IMG/VR virus record: IMGVR_UViG_3300047373_000579
Coordinates: 1-64,000 of that record
DNA: 64,000 nucleotides
Source of the DNA: a virus
Reading direction: 5' to 3' (one strand)
Positions within the stretch are counted from its first letter, which is position 1, and each line of letters starts with the position of its first letter. The notes under the pieces are model-generated. The model ran no database searches, was not told the origin of the DNA, and saw only the letters and a program-made list of their open reading frames with translations. A program made the translations under genes and the position numbers. Below, one piece after another: positions 26,957 through 36,254 of this stretch.

Positions 26957-29423
26957 ATTTTACAGGTTCTATATCTACGGTAACATCACCCTTAGAGTAA
27001 CCAATTTTAATAGTATCACCTTCTTTAAGGTCACCATCTAACATTCTTTCAGCTATTGGGTCTTCAACATATCTTTGGATAGCTCTGTTTAAAGGTCTAG
27101 CCCCATACTTTTCATCGTAACCAGCTTCAACTAGATAGTTTCTAAGTTTTGTAGATACTTTAATCTTATAACCCATTTCTAACATTCTTTCTCTTAAATC
27201 ATTTAAAGGAATATCAATTATTTTCTTAATATCTTCTTTATCTAAAGATTTAAAAATAATAATATCATCTAACCTATTTAAAAATTCGGGTGAAAAAGCT
27301 TTTTTTACTGATTCTTCAATTACATTATTTCTAATATCTTCTAAGTTATCAATCTTAGCTTTTGTACCAAAACCTACACCTGTACCGAAGTCTTGTAATT
27401 TTCTTGCCCCAACGTTAGAGGTCATAATAATTAAAGTATTTCTAAAGTCTACCTTTCTACCCAAACCATCGGTTAGGTGTCCTTCATCTAATACTTGTAA
27501 CAATATGTTAAATACGTCTGGGTGTGCTTTTTCAACCTCATCTAACAACACAACTGAATAAGGTTTTCTACGAATTTTTTCAGTTAACTGACCACCCTCT
27601 TCATACCCAACATATCCTGGAGGTGCCCCAACTAATTTAGATACCGCGTGTTTTTCCATGTATTCTGACATGTCTACTCTAATCATAGAGTCTTGTGTTC
27701 CAAACATCTCTTCAGATAGTTTTTTAGCTAAGTGAGTTTTACCTACACCTGTTGGTCCTAAGAATATAAAAGAACCGATTGGTTTTTCGTGATTCTTAAT
27801 ACCCATTCTATTTCTTCTAATAGCTTTAGATATCTGTTCCACTGCTGAATCTTGTCCAATAACTTTAGTCATAAGTGTTTTAGCCATGTTTTTGAGTCTA
27901 GTTAAATCATCTTGTGAAACTTTAGAGACAGGTATACCCGTAACCATTGAAACTACATTAGCAACATCTTCTTCAGTAATTTCTTTTCTAACTGTGTTTA
28001 ATTCGTTAGTCCATACTTCGGTTTCTATTTCCAAATTTTCTTTTAATTTACGTTCTTCATCACGAAGTCTTGCTGCTTCTTCATATTTTTGTGCTTTAAC
28101 AACGTCAATTTTCTTTTGGTCTACCTCAACTATCTTACCTTCCAATTCTAAGATATGTTTTGGTGGTTTAAGGTGTACTTGTGACCTTGCACCAACCTCA
28201 TCTAAAATATCAATAGATTTGTCAGGCTGTTCCCTATCAGTAATATACCTATCCGCTAATTTAGCACAAGCCTCTATAGCTTCAAGTGTGTAAAACACTT
28301 TGTGATGGTCTTCATACCTATCTTTAATATTTTTAAGTATTACTAAGGTATCCTCAAGTGAGGGTGGATTAACGGTAACTTTTTGAAATCTTCTAGTTAA
28401 AGCCCCATCTTTTTCTATGTTTTCACGAAATTCATCTAAAGTTGTTGCTCCAATACATTGAATTTCGCCTCTAGCTAAAGCGGGTTTAAGTATATTAGAC
28501 GCATCTAAAGCCCCTGAAGCATTACCTGCTCCCATCATGGTGTGTATTTCATCTATAAATAAAATAACATCTGTAGTTTTTTCTAGTTCTTGCATGATAC
28601 CTTTAAGTCTTTCTTCAAATTGACCTCTATATTTAGTACCAGCAACTAATAAAGCTAAATCCAAACCAATAATCCTTTTCCCAAATAAAATTCTAGGACA
28701 TTTTTTTTGAACTATCTTTAAAGCTAAACCTTCTACAATAGCCGTTTTACCGACACCAGGTTCACCGATAAGAATAGGATTATTCTTTTTTCTTCTTGAA
28801 AGAATTTGGGACACTCTTTCAATCTCTTCACCTCTACCAATAATAGGGTCAATACCACCTTTTGCAGCAATTTCAGTAATATCCCTACCAAAATTATCTA
28901 GTATCGGTGTTTCTGATTTTTCACCACCTTTTTTACCTCTTATTTTTTCCATGTCTCCGTAATCATCTGTTATACTCATATTTATTTCTTTTTTAATTTC
29001 AAGTAATGTGTTTTTAAAATTTTTATATTCAATACCTTGGTTTTTTAAAACTTTGGTACCATCTAATTCTTTATCTTTTAAGATTGCTAACATTAAATGT
29101 ATATCACTTATCCCATCATCTCCTAATTTGTCTAATTCCATTTCAGAAACACTTAACATTCTTTTAGAACTTTTACTCAAAGATAGTAATTTTTTTTTAA
29201 TTATAGGGCTTTTTATTTTTAATCTTAAATAAGCCTCTATTTTTGAGTTTAATTCTTCACAATCAAAACCCATTAAAGATAAGATATCATTTACCTCATT
29301 TTCTGGTTTAGATAGTATTGCCATTAATATGTGGTCAGGTGTGATTTCACCATAACCCAATCTATCGGACTCCTTATAAGCGTCTTTTAATATTATTCTT
29401 ATCCTTCTGTTAATAGGTTTCAT
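26955..29423 (-). CDS. clpC: ClpC-type AAA+ chaperone
   Basis: Clp-N repeats, GEPGVGKT / LFIDE, UVR segment QKYEEAARLRD, GPTGVGKT / VLLDE, GARPL. Confidence 0.93.
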   Translation of the reverse strand: MKPINRRIRIILKDAYKESDRLGYGEITPDHILMAILSKPENEVNDILSLMGFDCEELNSKIEAYLRLKIKSPIIKKKLLSLSKSSKRMLSVSEMELDKLGDDGISDIHLMLAILKDKELDGTKVLKNQGIEYKNFKNTLLEIKKEINMSITDDYGDMEKIRGKKGGEKSETPILDNFGRDITEIAAKGGIDPIIGRGEEIERVSQILSRRKKNNPILIGEPGVGKTAIVEGLALKIVQKKCPRILFGKRIIGLDLALLVAGTKYRGQFEERLKGIMQELEKTTDVILFIDEIHTMMGAGNASGALDASNILKPALARGEIQCIGATTLDEFRENIEKDGALTRRFQKVTVNPPSLEDTLVILKNIKDRYEDHHKVFYTLEAIEACAKLADRYITDREQPDKSIDILDEVGARSQVHLKPPKHILELEGKIVEVDQKKIDVVKAQKYEEAARLRDEERKLKENLEIETEVWTNELNTVRKEITEEDVANVVSMVTGIPVSKVSQDDLTRLKNMAKTLMTKVIGQDSAVEQISKAIRRNRMGIKNHEKPIGSFIFLGPTGVGKTHLAKKLSEEMFGTQDSMIRVDMSEYMEKHAVSKLVGAPPGYVGYEEGGQLTEKIRRKPYSVVLLDEVEKAHPDVFNILLQVLDEGHLTDGLGRKVDFRNTLIIMTSNVGARKLQDFGTGVGFGTKAKIDNLEDIRNNVIEESVKKAFSPEFLNRLDDIIIFKSLDKEDIKKIIDIPLNDLRERMLEMGYKIKVSTKLRNYLVEAGYDEKYGARPLNRAIQRYVEDPIAERMLDGDLKEGDTIKIGYSKGDVTVDIEPVK

Positions 29424-29536
29424 TAATACTTAAGTATAGTAATCTTTTATCTTTAAGACAACTGGATTTACTTTTTTTAAAATATTTTTTATTTTTAATT
29501 ACTTAATAATAACAATAAATTATAAATAACTAAAGA

Positions 29537-29761
29537 ATGGATTTAAATTTGGCACAGTATTGTCTTAAAATAAAATTAATAATTAAAAATACACCATACG
29601 ATGATGATGAGTTTGGTGGTGGGACTTATACTTTAGAATTTGAGGATTCTTTTTACAGAATAGATGGTGGGTATATAATAGTTGAAACTAAAAAAGGAGA
29701 TGATATTATAGGCCAAATATTCGAATTAAAATCAATTAAATCTTATAAAATATGTCAGTAG
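29537..29761 (+). CDS. hypothetical protein
   Basis: 74-aa ORF overlapping the next gene. Confidence 0.6.
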   Translation: MDLNLAQYCLKIKLIIKNTPYDDDEFGGGTYTLEFEDSFYRIDGGYIIVETKKGDDIIGQIFELKSIKSYKICQ

Positions 29762-30048
29762 TAAAAAAAGAAGAAAAAGAAAATGGGGTTATCGAATGTT
29801 TAATCGATTCCTCTAATATTTTATTATCAGAATATAATAAATCTAAAAAAACCTTAAAAATAACATTTAAGGCGGGTACACAGTACCTTTATAAAGATGT
29901 CTTAGATAGAGACTATGTTAGGTTTGAAGTTTCTGAAAGTCAGGGTTCTGTTTTTAATAAAACAATGCGTAAGTATGAGTTTGAAAAACTAGAAAAAATA
30001 GATACTACTGAATTGTTGGAAAGAATAGAAGAAAATAAAGGGGATTAA
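29752..30048 (+). CDS. KTSC domain protein
   Basis: SSNI...Y.....L.I.F..G..Y.Y..V...SQGSVFN. Confidence 0.8.
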   Translation: MSVVKKEEKENGVIECLIDSSNILLSEYNKSKKTLKITFKAGTQYLYKDVLDRDYVRFEVSESQGSVFNKTMRKYEFEKLEKIDTTELLERIEENKGD

Positions 30049-30377
30049 GCTTTTGTATAAGCAACAACATCCATCACTTCCATACAAGGTGGTTGAGCTT
30101 CTGAATTACTTATCGCATCAACCACAAAAATAGGTCCTTCGGTATAAATAATATATCGAAGGGTTTTTTTATCATTTTCACCATAGCCCAAAAATTTAAT
30201 ATTAACATTTTCAAAACCATATTCCATAAGTTTTTTACTTATTAAAGTTTTAATACCTTCACCCGTACAAGGGATGTCTTTAAGAACATTAGCCAACTCA
30301 ATAGCACTAACCTCGTTAATTCTTGTTTCAGTTAGTTTATCTAACTGTGATTCTGTTAGTTTAATTATTTTTTTCAC
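30045..30377 (-). CDS. hypothetical protein with KLTES-type leader
   Basis: Likely start MKKIIKLTESQLD; RINE site follows. Confidence 0.7.
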   Translation of the reverse strand: MKKIIKLTESQLDKLTETRINEVSAIELANVLKDIPCTGEGIKTLISKKLMEYGFENVNIKFLGYGENDKKTLRYIIYTEGPIFVVDAISNSEAQPPCMEVMDVVAYTKA

Positions 30378-30912
30378 CTCTATTTCTTTTTTTCTTTTTT
30401 TTATCTTTTGGTTCCGACTCTTCTTTTACTACTTCAACTAAAGATAGTTTATCGTTTAACAAATCTATAGTTTCTTCTAGTGATTTAATTTTACTGGTGT
30501 AAAAATTAACTAAATCTATTTTTTCATTTGTTAATTTTTCTCTAATTTCTACTAAAGAATCACCTAACTTAATTAATTTTTCTTCTTTTATTTTACATTT
30601 AGATAAAGCCAATTCTAATTCTTTCTTAGTTAATTGTAGGTTAGCGTCAATATCTTCAATTCTTTTAACCTTTCTATCAATAATGTATTGTTCTTGTTTT
30701 ATTGTTTGTTCTAAGGAATCCATAATAAATACCTTTTGTCTATTGTTTTCCCTTATTTTACCAATCTTACCGTCAGCATAAGATAATAAACTATCCGTTT
30801 TATTTATGACCTCAACATAATGTTTAGTCTTAACCTCTTCTTTAACCTCTATTGTTTTACCACAAGAGAATAAAGCTGTTGTAGATAATAAAATTAATTT
30901 ATACTTAAACAT
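30361..30912 (-). CDS. lipoprotein with long coiled coil (o-spanin candidate)
   Basis: MFKYKLILLSTTALFS-C lipoprotein-like signal. Confidence 0.55.
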   Translation of the reverse strand: MFKYKLILLSTTALFSCGKTIEVKEEVKTKHYVEVINKTDSLLSYADGKIGKIRENNRQKVFIMDSLEQTIKQEQYIIDRKVKRIEDIDANLQLTKKELELALSKCKIKEEKLIKLGDSLVEIREKLTNEKIDLVNFYTSKIKSLEETIDLLNDKLSLVEVVKEESEPKDKKKKKRNRGEKNN

Positions 30913-31124
30913 TCTAATAACTTTTCATTTATTTTATCTAGTTTTTTCTCTAGTTCTTGTTCTTCTGCTTCTAATTTTTCGATTCTTTTTTCATAATCAT
31001 TAAAAATCCTTTCATTCTTTTTATCGGCGTCAAGGTAAAGATAACCCACCACTATGACTAATAAGAAAGCTATAGCCGCTATAGGACTTTTTTTAAATTG
31101 GTCAAATGATACAGGTAATTTCAT
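30894..31124 (-). CDS. single-TM coiled-coil protein (i-spanin candidate)
   Basis: IAAIAFLLVIVVGYLYL followed by heptads; ATATTTAT on minus strand at 31130-31137. Confidence 0.55.
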   Translation of the reverse strand: MKLPVSFDQFKKSPIAAIAFLLVIVVGYLYLDADKKNERIFNDYEKRIEKLEAEEQELEKKLDKINEKLLECLSIN

Positions 31125-31136
31125 ATATTATAAATA

Positions 31137-31703
31137 TTAATCGTAATCTTCATCGTAATCTCTAGGGTCAAAACCAGACTGTCTTTTTTCGTATTCCTCT
31201 GACTCTAAACCAGATTCATATTCTCTACCTTCTTCAAAACCCCTATTATATATTATCGATTTTTGTTTTTTTATCTCATCTTCTAATTCCCCTCTCATAT
31301 CAATTTTCCCATCTTCAAAACCTTCATCATAAGCCTCTTCAAGTTCATTGTCAATGTCATACTTAGCATCTATTTCACCATCATACACACCTTCTCTATA
31401 ACCCTCATTATGACCTTCTTCCCAACCCTCTCGTTGACCTGTATCTCTACCACTATCATAAATAGATTCAGAAAAATCATATAACACATCAGCCATTTCA
31501 TCTAATTTTTCACCACTTAAACCTAAACGATAAATAAAGTCTACTAATTTATTTGAATCTACAAATCTTTCATGAATATAATAATCATTATCCTCTAAAT
31601 TTTTTAATTTATTAGTGATTTCACTTTTTGATGCGGGGTTGGTATTTTTAACCCAATCAAAATCATTATCTTCCTTTAATATTTTCTTAATTAAATCTTT
31701 CAT
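31137..31703 (-). CDS. tagged single-module protein with GxxxG (FliH/Yae1-like) repeats
   Basis: MKDLIKKILKEDNDFDWVK; GRDTGQREGWEEGHNEGYREG. Confidence 0.75.
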   Translation of the reverse strand: MKDLIKKILKEDNDFDWVKNTNPASKSEITNKLKNLEDNDYYIHERFVDSNKLVDFIYRLGLSGEKLDEMADVLYDFSESIYDSGRDTGQREGWEEGHNEGYREGVYDGEIDAKYDIDNELEEAYDEGFEDGKIDMRGELEDEIKKQKSIIYNRGFEEGREYESGLESEEYEKRQSGFDPRDYDEDYD

Positions 31704-31712
31704 TATCATTTA

Positions 31713-31732
31713 ATAAATATCACGATATTTAT
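31713..31732. promoter_or_regulatory. back-to-back divergent late promoters
   Basis: ATAAATATC-AC-GATATTTAT perfect inverted pair between divergent genes. Confidence 0.7.
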
Positions 31733-31736
31733 GAAT

Positions 31737-32831
31737 ATGGACATAAACGAGAAAGAAATTGAACAAGCCAGCAGAAAGATAGATTTATCTGGATTTAAAA
31801 TGCAGGATGAACTCAACCCTAAGATATGGGATAAAGAACAAAAGATGAAACCTGATGTTAAAAAAACTCTATTAAAGATTGCTGATGATTATTTTGAATC
31901 TTTAGATTTACCTGGGGTAGATATTGAAGATGTTACTATGACGGGTTCTTTAGCTAACTATAATTGGTCTAAGTACTCTGATGTTGATTTACATATTGTA
32001 GTGGATTATAATGATATTCCTGTAGATGAGGATTTAGTTGTAGATTTTCTTAAATCAAAAAGTTCTAATTGGAATAAAGAACATGATGTTAAAATATATG
32101 GGTACGATGTTGAACTATATGTTCAAGATGAAAATGAAGAGCATCACTCAACTGGGGTTTACTCTATACTAAAAAACGAGTGGATAACCAAACCACAAAA
32201 AAAGAAAATATCTTTTAACGATAAGTCCGTTAAAGATAAATCAAATCGTTTTATGGATAAAATAGAGGAGATTTATAGTGAAATGGACGATGTTGATAAT
32301 AGTGAGACGATTAAACGTGTTGATAAATTAACAGAAAAAATTAAAAAAATGCGTCAATCAGGTTTAGAGTCTGGTGGTGAATTTTCAGTTGAAAATATTG
32401 TTTTTAAAGTTTTAAGACGTAATGGTATGTTGGATAGATTGTATGATATTAAAACTGTCGCGTATGATAAATCCGTTACCTTAGAATCTACAATTATGAA
32501 TGAGAGGTTGATGGATAAAATAAAAGAAATTAACCCAAAAGAAGAAATAGATAAAGCCAAAAAAAAATTAAAAAAGTTTGGTGAAGGTTTAAAACAAGAA
32601 GGGAAAGAAACAAAGAGGGCTTGGAATACTGTAGTTGATGCTATAAATAATAAAAGAGATTTAACACCCGAAGAAAGAAAAGAGGTTGGTGACCAATTAG
32701 GTGACTTATTAAAAACAACTGGTCTTACCTTAGCTACCTTTTTACCAGGTGGTATATTATATCTTTTATTAACAAGAGTTCCACGTTTTAAAAAATACCT
32801 AATTCCATCTTCTTTCAGGGATTTAAACTAA
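31737..32831 (+). CDS. Pol-beta-superfamily nucleotidyltransferase with extra C-terminal domain
   Basis: TGSLANYNWSKYSDVDLH (GS...DxD), YDVELYVQD; second domain after TLESTIMNE. Confidence 0.8.
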   Translation: MDINEKEIEQASRKIDLSGFKMQDELNPKIWDKEQKMKPDVKKTLLKIADDYFESLDLPGVDIEDVTMTGSLANYNWSKYSDVDLHIVVDYNDIPVDEDLVVDFLKSKSSNWNKEHDVKIYGYDVELYVQDENEEHHSTGVYSILKNEWITKPQKKKISFNDKSVKDKSNRFMDKIEEIYSEMDDVDNSETIKRVDKLTEKIKKMRQSGLESGGEFSVENIVFKVLRRNGMLDRLYDIKTVAYDKSVTLESTIMNERLMDKIKEINPKEEIDKAKKKLKKFGEGLKQEGKETKRAWNTVVDAINNKRDLTPEERKEVGDQLGDLLKTTGLTLATFLPGGILYLLLTRVPRFKKYLIPSSFRDLN

Positions 32832-32861
32832 AATAAACATATTTATATATAAAAGAAAATT

Positions 32862-33146
32862 ATGGGCACTAGTTATTATGTATTACATACACCAGCTGAA
32901 GCTAATTATTCAGCTTACACCTATTACCAAATATACGTTAATGCGGGTGGTACTTTAACCTATAAAGGTAGTGTACTACCATCACCATCAGGTGGACCAA
33001 TTGTTTTAGATTTGACAGTTAATTCACCCACAGATGCAACAGGTACATTAATATCCTTTTTAGGTAAGAAAAAACCTGAAGCATTCGCACCAGGACCTCC
33101 AGGTCAAGGTGGTGTTAACACAGATGGAACTTGGAGTATAAAGTAA
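32862..33146 (+). CDS. hypothetical late protein
   Basis: 94 aa; CATATTTAT at 32838-32846. Confidence 0.7.
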   Translation: MGTSYYVLHTPAEANYSAYTYYQIYVNAGGTLTYKGSVLPSPSGGPIVLDLTVNSPTDATGTLISFLGKKKPEAFAPGPPGQGGVNTDGTWSIK

Positions 33147-33160
33147 AAAAATAAAATAAA

Positions 33161-35464
33161 ATGAAAAAAAGTACTTTAAATAGAATGTTAAAATTAGCGG
33201 ATATTAAACCTGTTATAAAAGAAAGTAAAATGTCACTTTCTAATTTTGAATTAGTTAAAAATTCTGCTGATGGTAATACTTACGCAATTGTAAGAGAAAA
33301 TAAAAGATACCACATAAAACAAGCCCAAACGAAAGAAAATTTAGTTGAGTCTGATTTTGATTACGTTGGTGGTGTGGCAAATAAAATAAAAAGGTCTTTT
33401 ACTTCATTTAGTGAAGCAACAAAAAACCTTAATTTAATGTTTGAAGAAATTAATAATCACTATGAAAATGAAAGTACTAATATACTAGAATCTGATAGTG
33501 TTTTATCTGAAAAAAAGTTTGTTTTAAAATTAGACAAAAAGAAAAAAACTAAATCTGCTCCTCCAGCAGAAGAACCAATGGAAGAACCGGCAGCTGAAGA
33601 AGGTGGTGAAGATGAATTTGATTTTGGTGGAGAAGAAGAAACCGAAGAAGGTGGTGATGATTTTGACTTTGAAGGAGGTGAAGAAGAAGGTGGTGATGAT
33701 TTTGACTTTGAAGGAGGTGAAGAAGAAGGTGGAGAAGAATTTGATTTCGAAGATGAAGAAGGTGGTGAAGAAGAATCTGATGTTGAGGAATTTGGTGGTG
33801 AAGAAGATGAAGATTTAGAGTTAGATGACTCTGATGATGAAATTAAAGATATTCAAAGTACAACAGGAAAATTAGGACAACAATTAAGAGATGTTGAAGA
33901 TATTTCTTCTGATATGCAAAAATGGGTTGCTAAATCTGTGTTATCAGCTTTAGACCTAGATACAATGGATTCAGAAGACAAAAAAGATATTATTAAAACC
34001 GTTAAAAAGAAATCAGATAAACCAGCTGAAGATGAAGAAGTGGAATCTTCTGAAGAAGAATTTGATTTTGAAGAAATGGAGGAGTCATATGATAACCATA
34101 TGGGTGATGATTACGAAGATGACATGGATGGTATGGATAATTATAACTGGGATGGTGTTAATATAGAAGACGAGTTCCCTTCTTATGAAGATGTTTATGA
34201 TGAAACTGAAGAAACAGAACTTGTTGATGAGGATGAAGAAAGGTACATCAAACCAAGAAAAAGAAGAAATACTACTTCTGCTTTACCAGGTTTTCATAGA
34301 CCAAATTTAAGAAATCAAGAACATGATTCTGATGAGTATGATTCACATATGAGTGAAAAAAGCATGGAAGAGATTGATGAGTTTCTTATGGATATGGAAG
34401 AAACGGGTATTATAGAACCGTCTAATGAGTATGATGATTATGATTCATATATGGATGAAACTACCGTTGTACAAGGAAACTCAGGAGAAGAAGAAGCAGG
34501 AGAAGAAGGTAACTATGACCCAAATAGAGCGGCTTACGAATCTGAAGATAAAGGAGAAGATACTGAAATAGGTGGTGACGAAGATGATAAAGTTGCTGAC
34601 CCTGATGACAAAAATGTTGAAGATAAATTATTATTAGATATTGAAGAAGATATGGGACCTGAAGAAATGGAAGCTCTTTATGGACCTAATACAAAAAAAT
34701 ATGACAGGTCAGGTTCTTCTAGAGCTATGAGACAAGCTGATAAAGATATTTCAACCCATTACCATAGACCGGCAGCACCAGGTTATGATTTAGACCCTAT
34801 AGAAAAATGGGCAAAACATAAATTACCTTATGATACCGAATTTATGGGTGAAGGTGATTATATGACAGAAGACCACTTAAACGATAAGATGGAAACTTAC
34901 GAACAAGAAAAGGCTTATGAAGATGTAGAAACTGTTGTTAGAAGATATGGAATGGATGTTGAATTAAGAGAAAAGGCAACATCTGAAGACCCTGAAGAAA
35001 GTTTAATTTATTTAGACATTGTTGATGGTGACACAAAATTACTTGTGGCTAGAATAAATTCAGTAGGTGATATTGAAGTTGGTGAGATGAGGGGTAATAA
35101 GTTTACAGGTGAACCGCTTGACAGTGTGGAAGATTTTATCGAAATTTTTGGTGAAGATTTAACTAAAAAAGAAAAACAAAAATTAGATATGGAAGAAAAT
35201 ATTGAAATGAGCCCAGCACCACAAAAAGCACCCGAAGAAAAACCAAACGAACCAGCAACAAAACCTGGTACACCCGATAAAACACCAGGAAAAGATAGAC
35301 CTTCAAGAAGGCCGTTCACTCCACCCCCAACAATTACGCCGGGAGAGGAACCAGGACCTAAAGCGGCTGACGGACAAGATAAAGTAGATAAAGATACGAG
35401 GTACGATAAGGATAATGAAAAGTGGAGTTGGGAAAAAGATAACGAAGACGTAGAATTCGAATAA
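33161..35464 (+). CDS. very acidic low-complexity protein, probable prohead-core/internal protein
   Basis: Globular N-terminus with IKES, LVES, ILES sites, then E/D-rich repeats and a Pro-rich tail. Confidence 0.7.
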   Translation: MKKSTLNRMLKLADIKPVIKESKMSLSNFELVKNSADGNTYAIVRENKRYHIKQAQTKENLVESDFDYVGGVANKIKRSFTSFSEATKNLNLMFEEINNHYENESTNILESDSVLSEKKFVLKLDKKKKTKSAPPAEEPMEEPAAEEGGEDEFDFGGEEETEEGGDDFDFEGGEEEGGDDFDFEGGEEEGGEEFDFEDEEGGEEESDVEEFGGEEDEDLELDDSDDEIKDIQSTTGKLGQQLRDVEDISSDMQKWVAKSVLSALDLDTMDSEDKKDIIKTVKKKSDKPAEDEEVESSEEEFDFEEMEESYDNHMGDDYEDDMDGMDNYNWDGVNIEDEFPSYEDVYDETEETELVDEDEERYIKPRKRRNTTSALPGFHRPNLRNQEHDSDEYDSHMSEKSMEEIDEFLMDMEETGIIEPSNEYDDYDSYMDETTVVQGNSGEEEAGEEGNYDPNRAAYESEDKGEDTEIGGDEDDKVADPDDKNVEDKLLLDIEEDMGPEEMEALYGPNTKKYDRSGSSRAMRQADKDISTHYHRPAAPGYDLDPIEKWAKHKLPYDTEFMGEGDYMTEDHLNDKMETYEQEKAYEDVETVVRRYGMDVELREKATSEDPEESLIYLDIVDGDTKLLVARINSVGDIEVGEMRGNKFTGEPLDSVEDFIEIFGEDLTKKEKQKLDMEENIEMSPAPQKAPEEKPNEPATKPGTPDKTPGKDRPSRRPFTPPPTITPGEEPGPKAADGQDKVDKDTRYDKDNEKWSWEKDNEDVEFE
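33644..33732 (+). repeat. 39-nt coding tandem repeat (EEGGDDFDFEGGE)
   Basis: Identical units at 33644 and 33683 with degenerate flanking copies. Confidence 0.85.
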
Positions 35465-35478
35465 TAAAAAAATAAATT

Positions 35479-35841
35479 ATGAACAACAACCCATTTAAAC
35501 AACCAATGATGTCAAACATATCAGGACTCAAATGTGATAATCCTGAATGTGAATATAAAGATGATACGGTTGATAGTGTTGATTATGAACAACATATAGA
35601 TAAACCATGTCCTGATTGTGGTGAAAGTCTTTTAACACAAGATGATTATGATAAGGTACAACAAATACAACAACAAATAATGGACCTTAACAAATTGTTT
35701 GGTAATATGTCTGGTATGGGAATGCCTACAGATGGTGATGAAGACCCACAGTACACAGAATTAAACCCTGATATGTTAAAAGGTTTAGGTGATGATGAAA
35801 ACATGAACGAAACTATTAAGAGATTTAATAAACTTATTTAA
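35479..35841 (+). CDS. zinc-ribbon protein
   Basis: KCDNPEC...CPDCG; C-terminal MNETIKRFNKLI. Confidence 0.75.
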   Translation: MNNNPFKQPMMSNISGLKCDNPECEYKDDTVDSVDYEQHIDKPCPDCGESLLTQDDYDKVQQIQQQIMDLNKLFGNMSGMGMPTDGDEDPQYTELNPDMLKGLGDDENMNETIKRFNKLI

Positions 35842-36254
35842 TGTATCTAATCTACATCAACAGAATAGGAACAACATTTAAAGGGGAACACATTTTTGAG
35901 TTCCTCTTTTCGCATTCAATAGAATGGGATTGGGATGATACGTGGTATGAGTCATCAGTTATGACAGATACTAGAGAATTAGCACCTGATGAATCTATAG
36001 TAAAAATTGTAGGAACATTAAAAACGGATGAATTTAATTTAGAATTAGTGCAGGAGGATGGTGTTCGTGATATTTATAATGCAGTAGAAGGAATTATTGC
36101 GTTGGGTTGGGAAAAGTTGGAGGATGAAGAAGAAATACCTGAAAAACGTAGGGTATTTAATTTTGGTGACACCAAAGAGTCTGTTGATGAACAACTTTAT
36201 GAATATGACCTAGCGTTAAAATATAAAGAAAATAAAATAACAAGAGATGTCTAA
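35841..36254 (+). CDS. hypothetical protein in head-gene region
   Basis: 137 aa, overlaps both neighbours. Confidence 0.75.
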   Translation: MYLIYINRIGTTFKGEHIFEFLFSHSIEWDWDDTWYESSVMTDTRELAPDESIVKIVGTLKTDEFNLELVQEDGVRDIYNAVEGIIALGWEKLEDEEEIPEKRRVFNFGDTKESVDEQLYEYDLALKYKENKITRDV

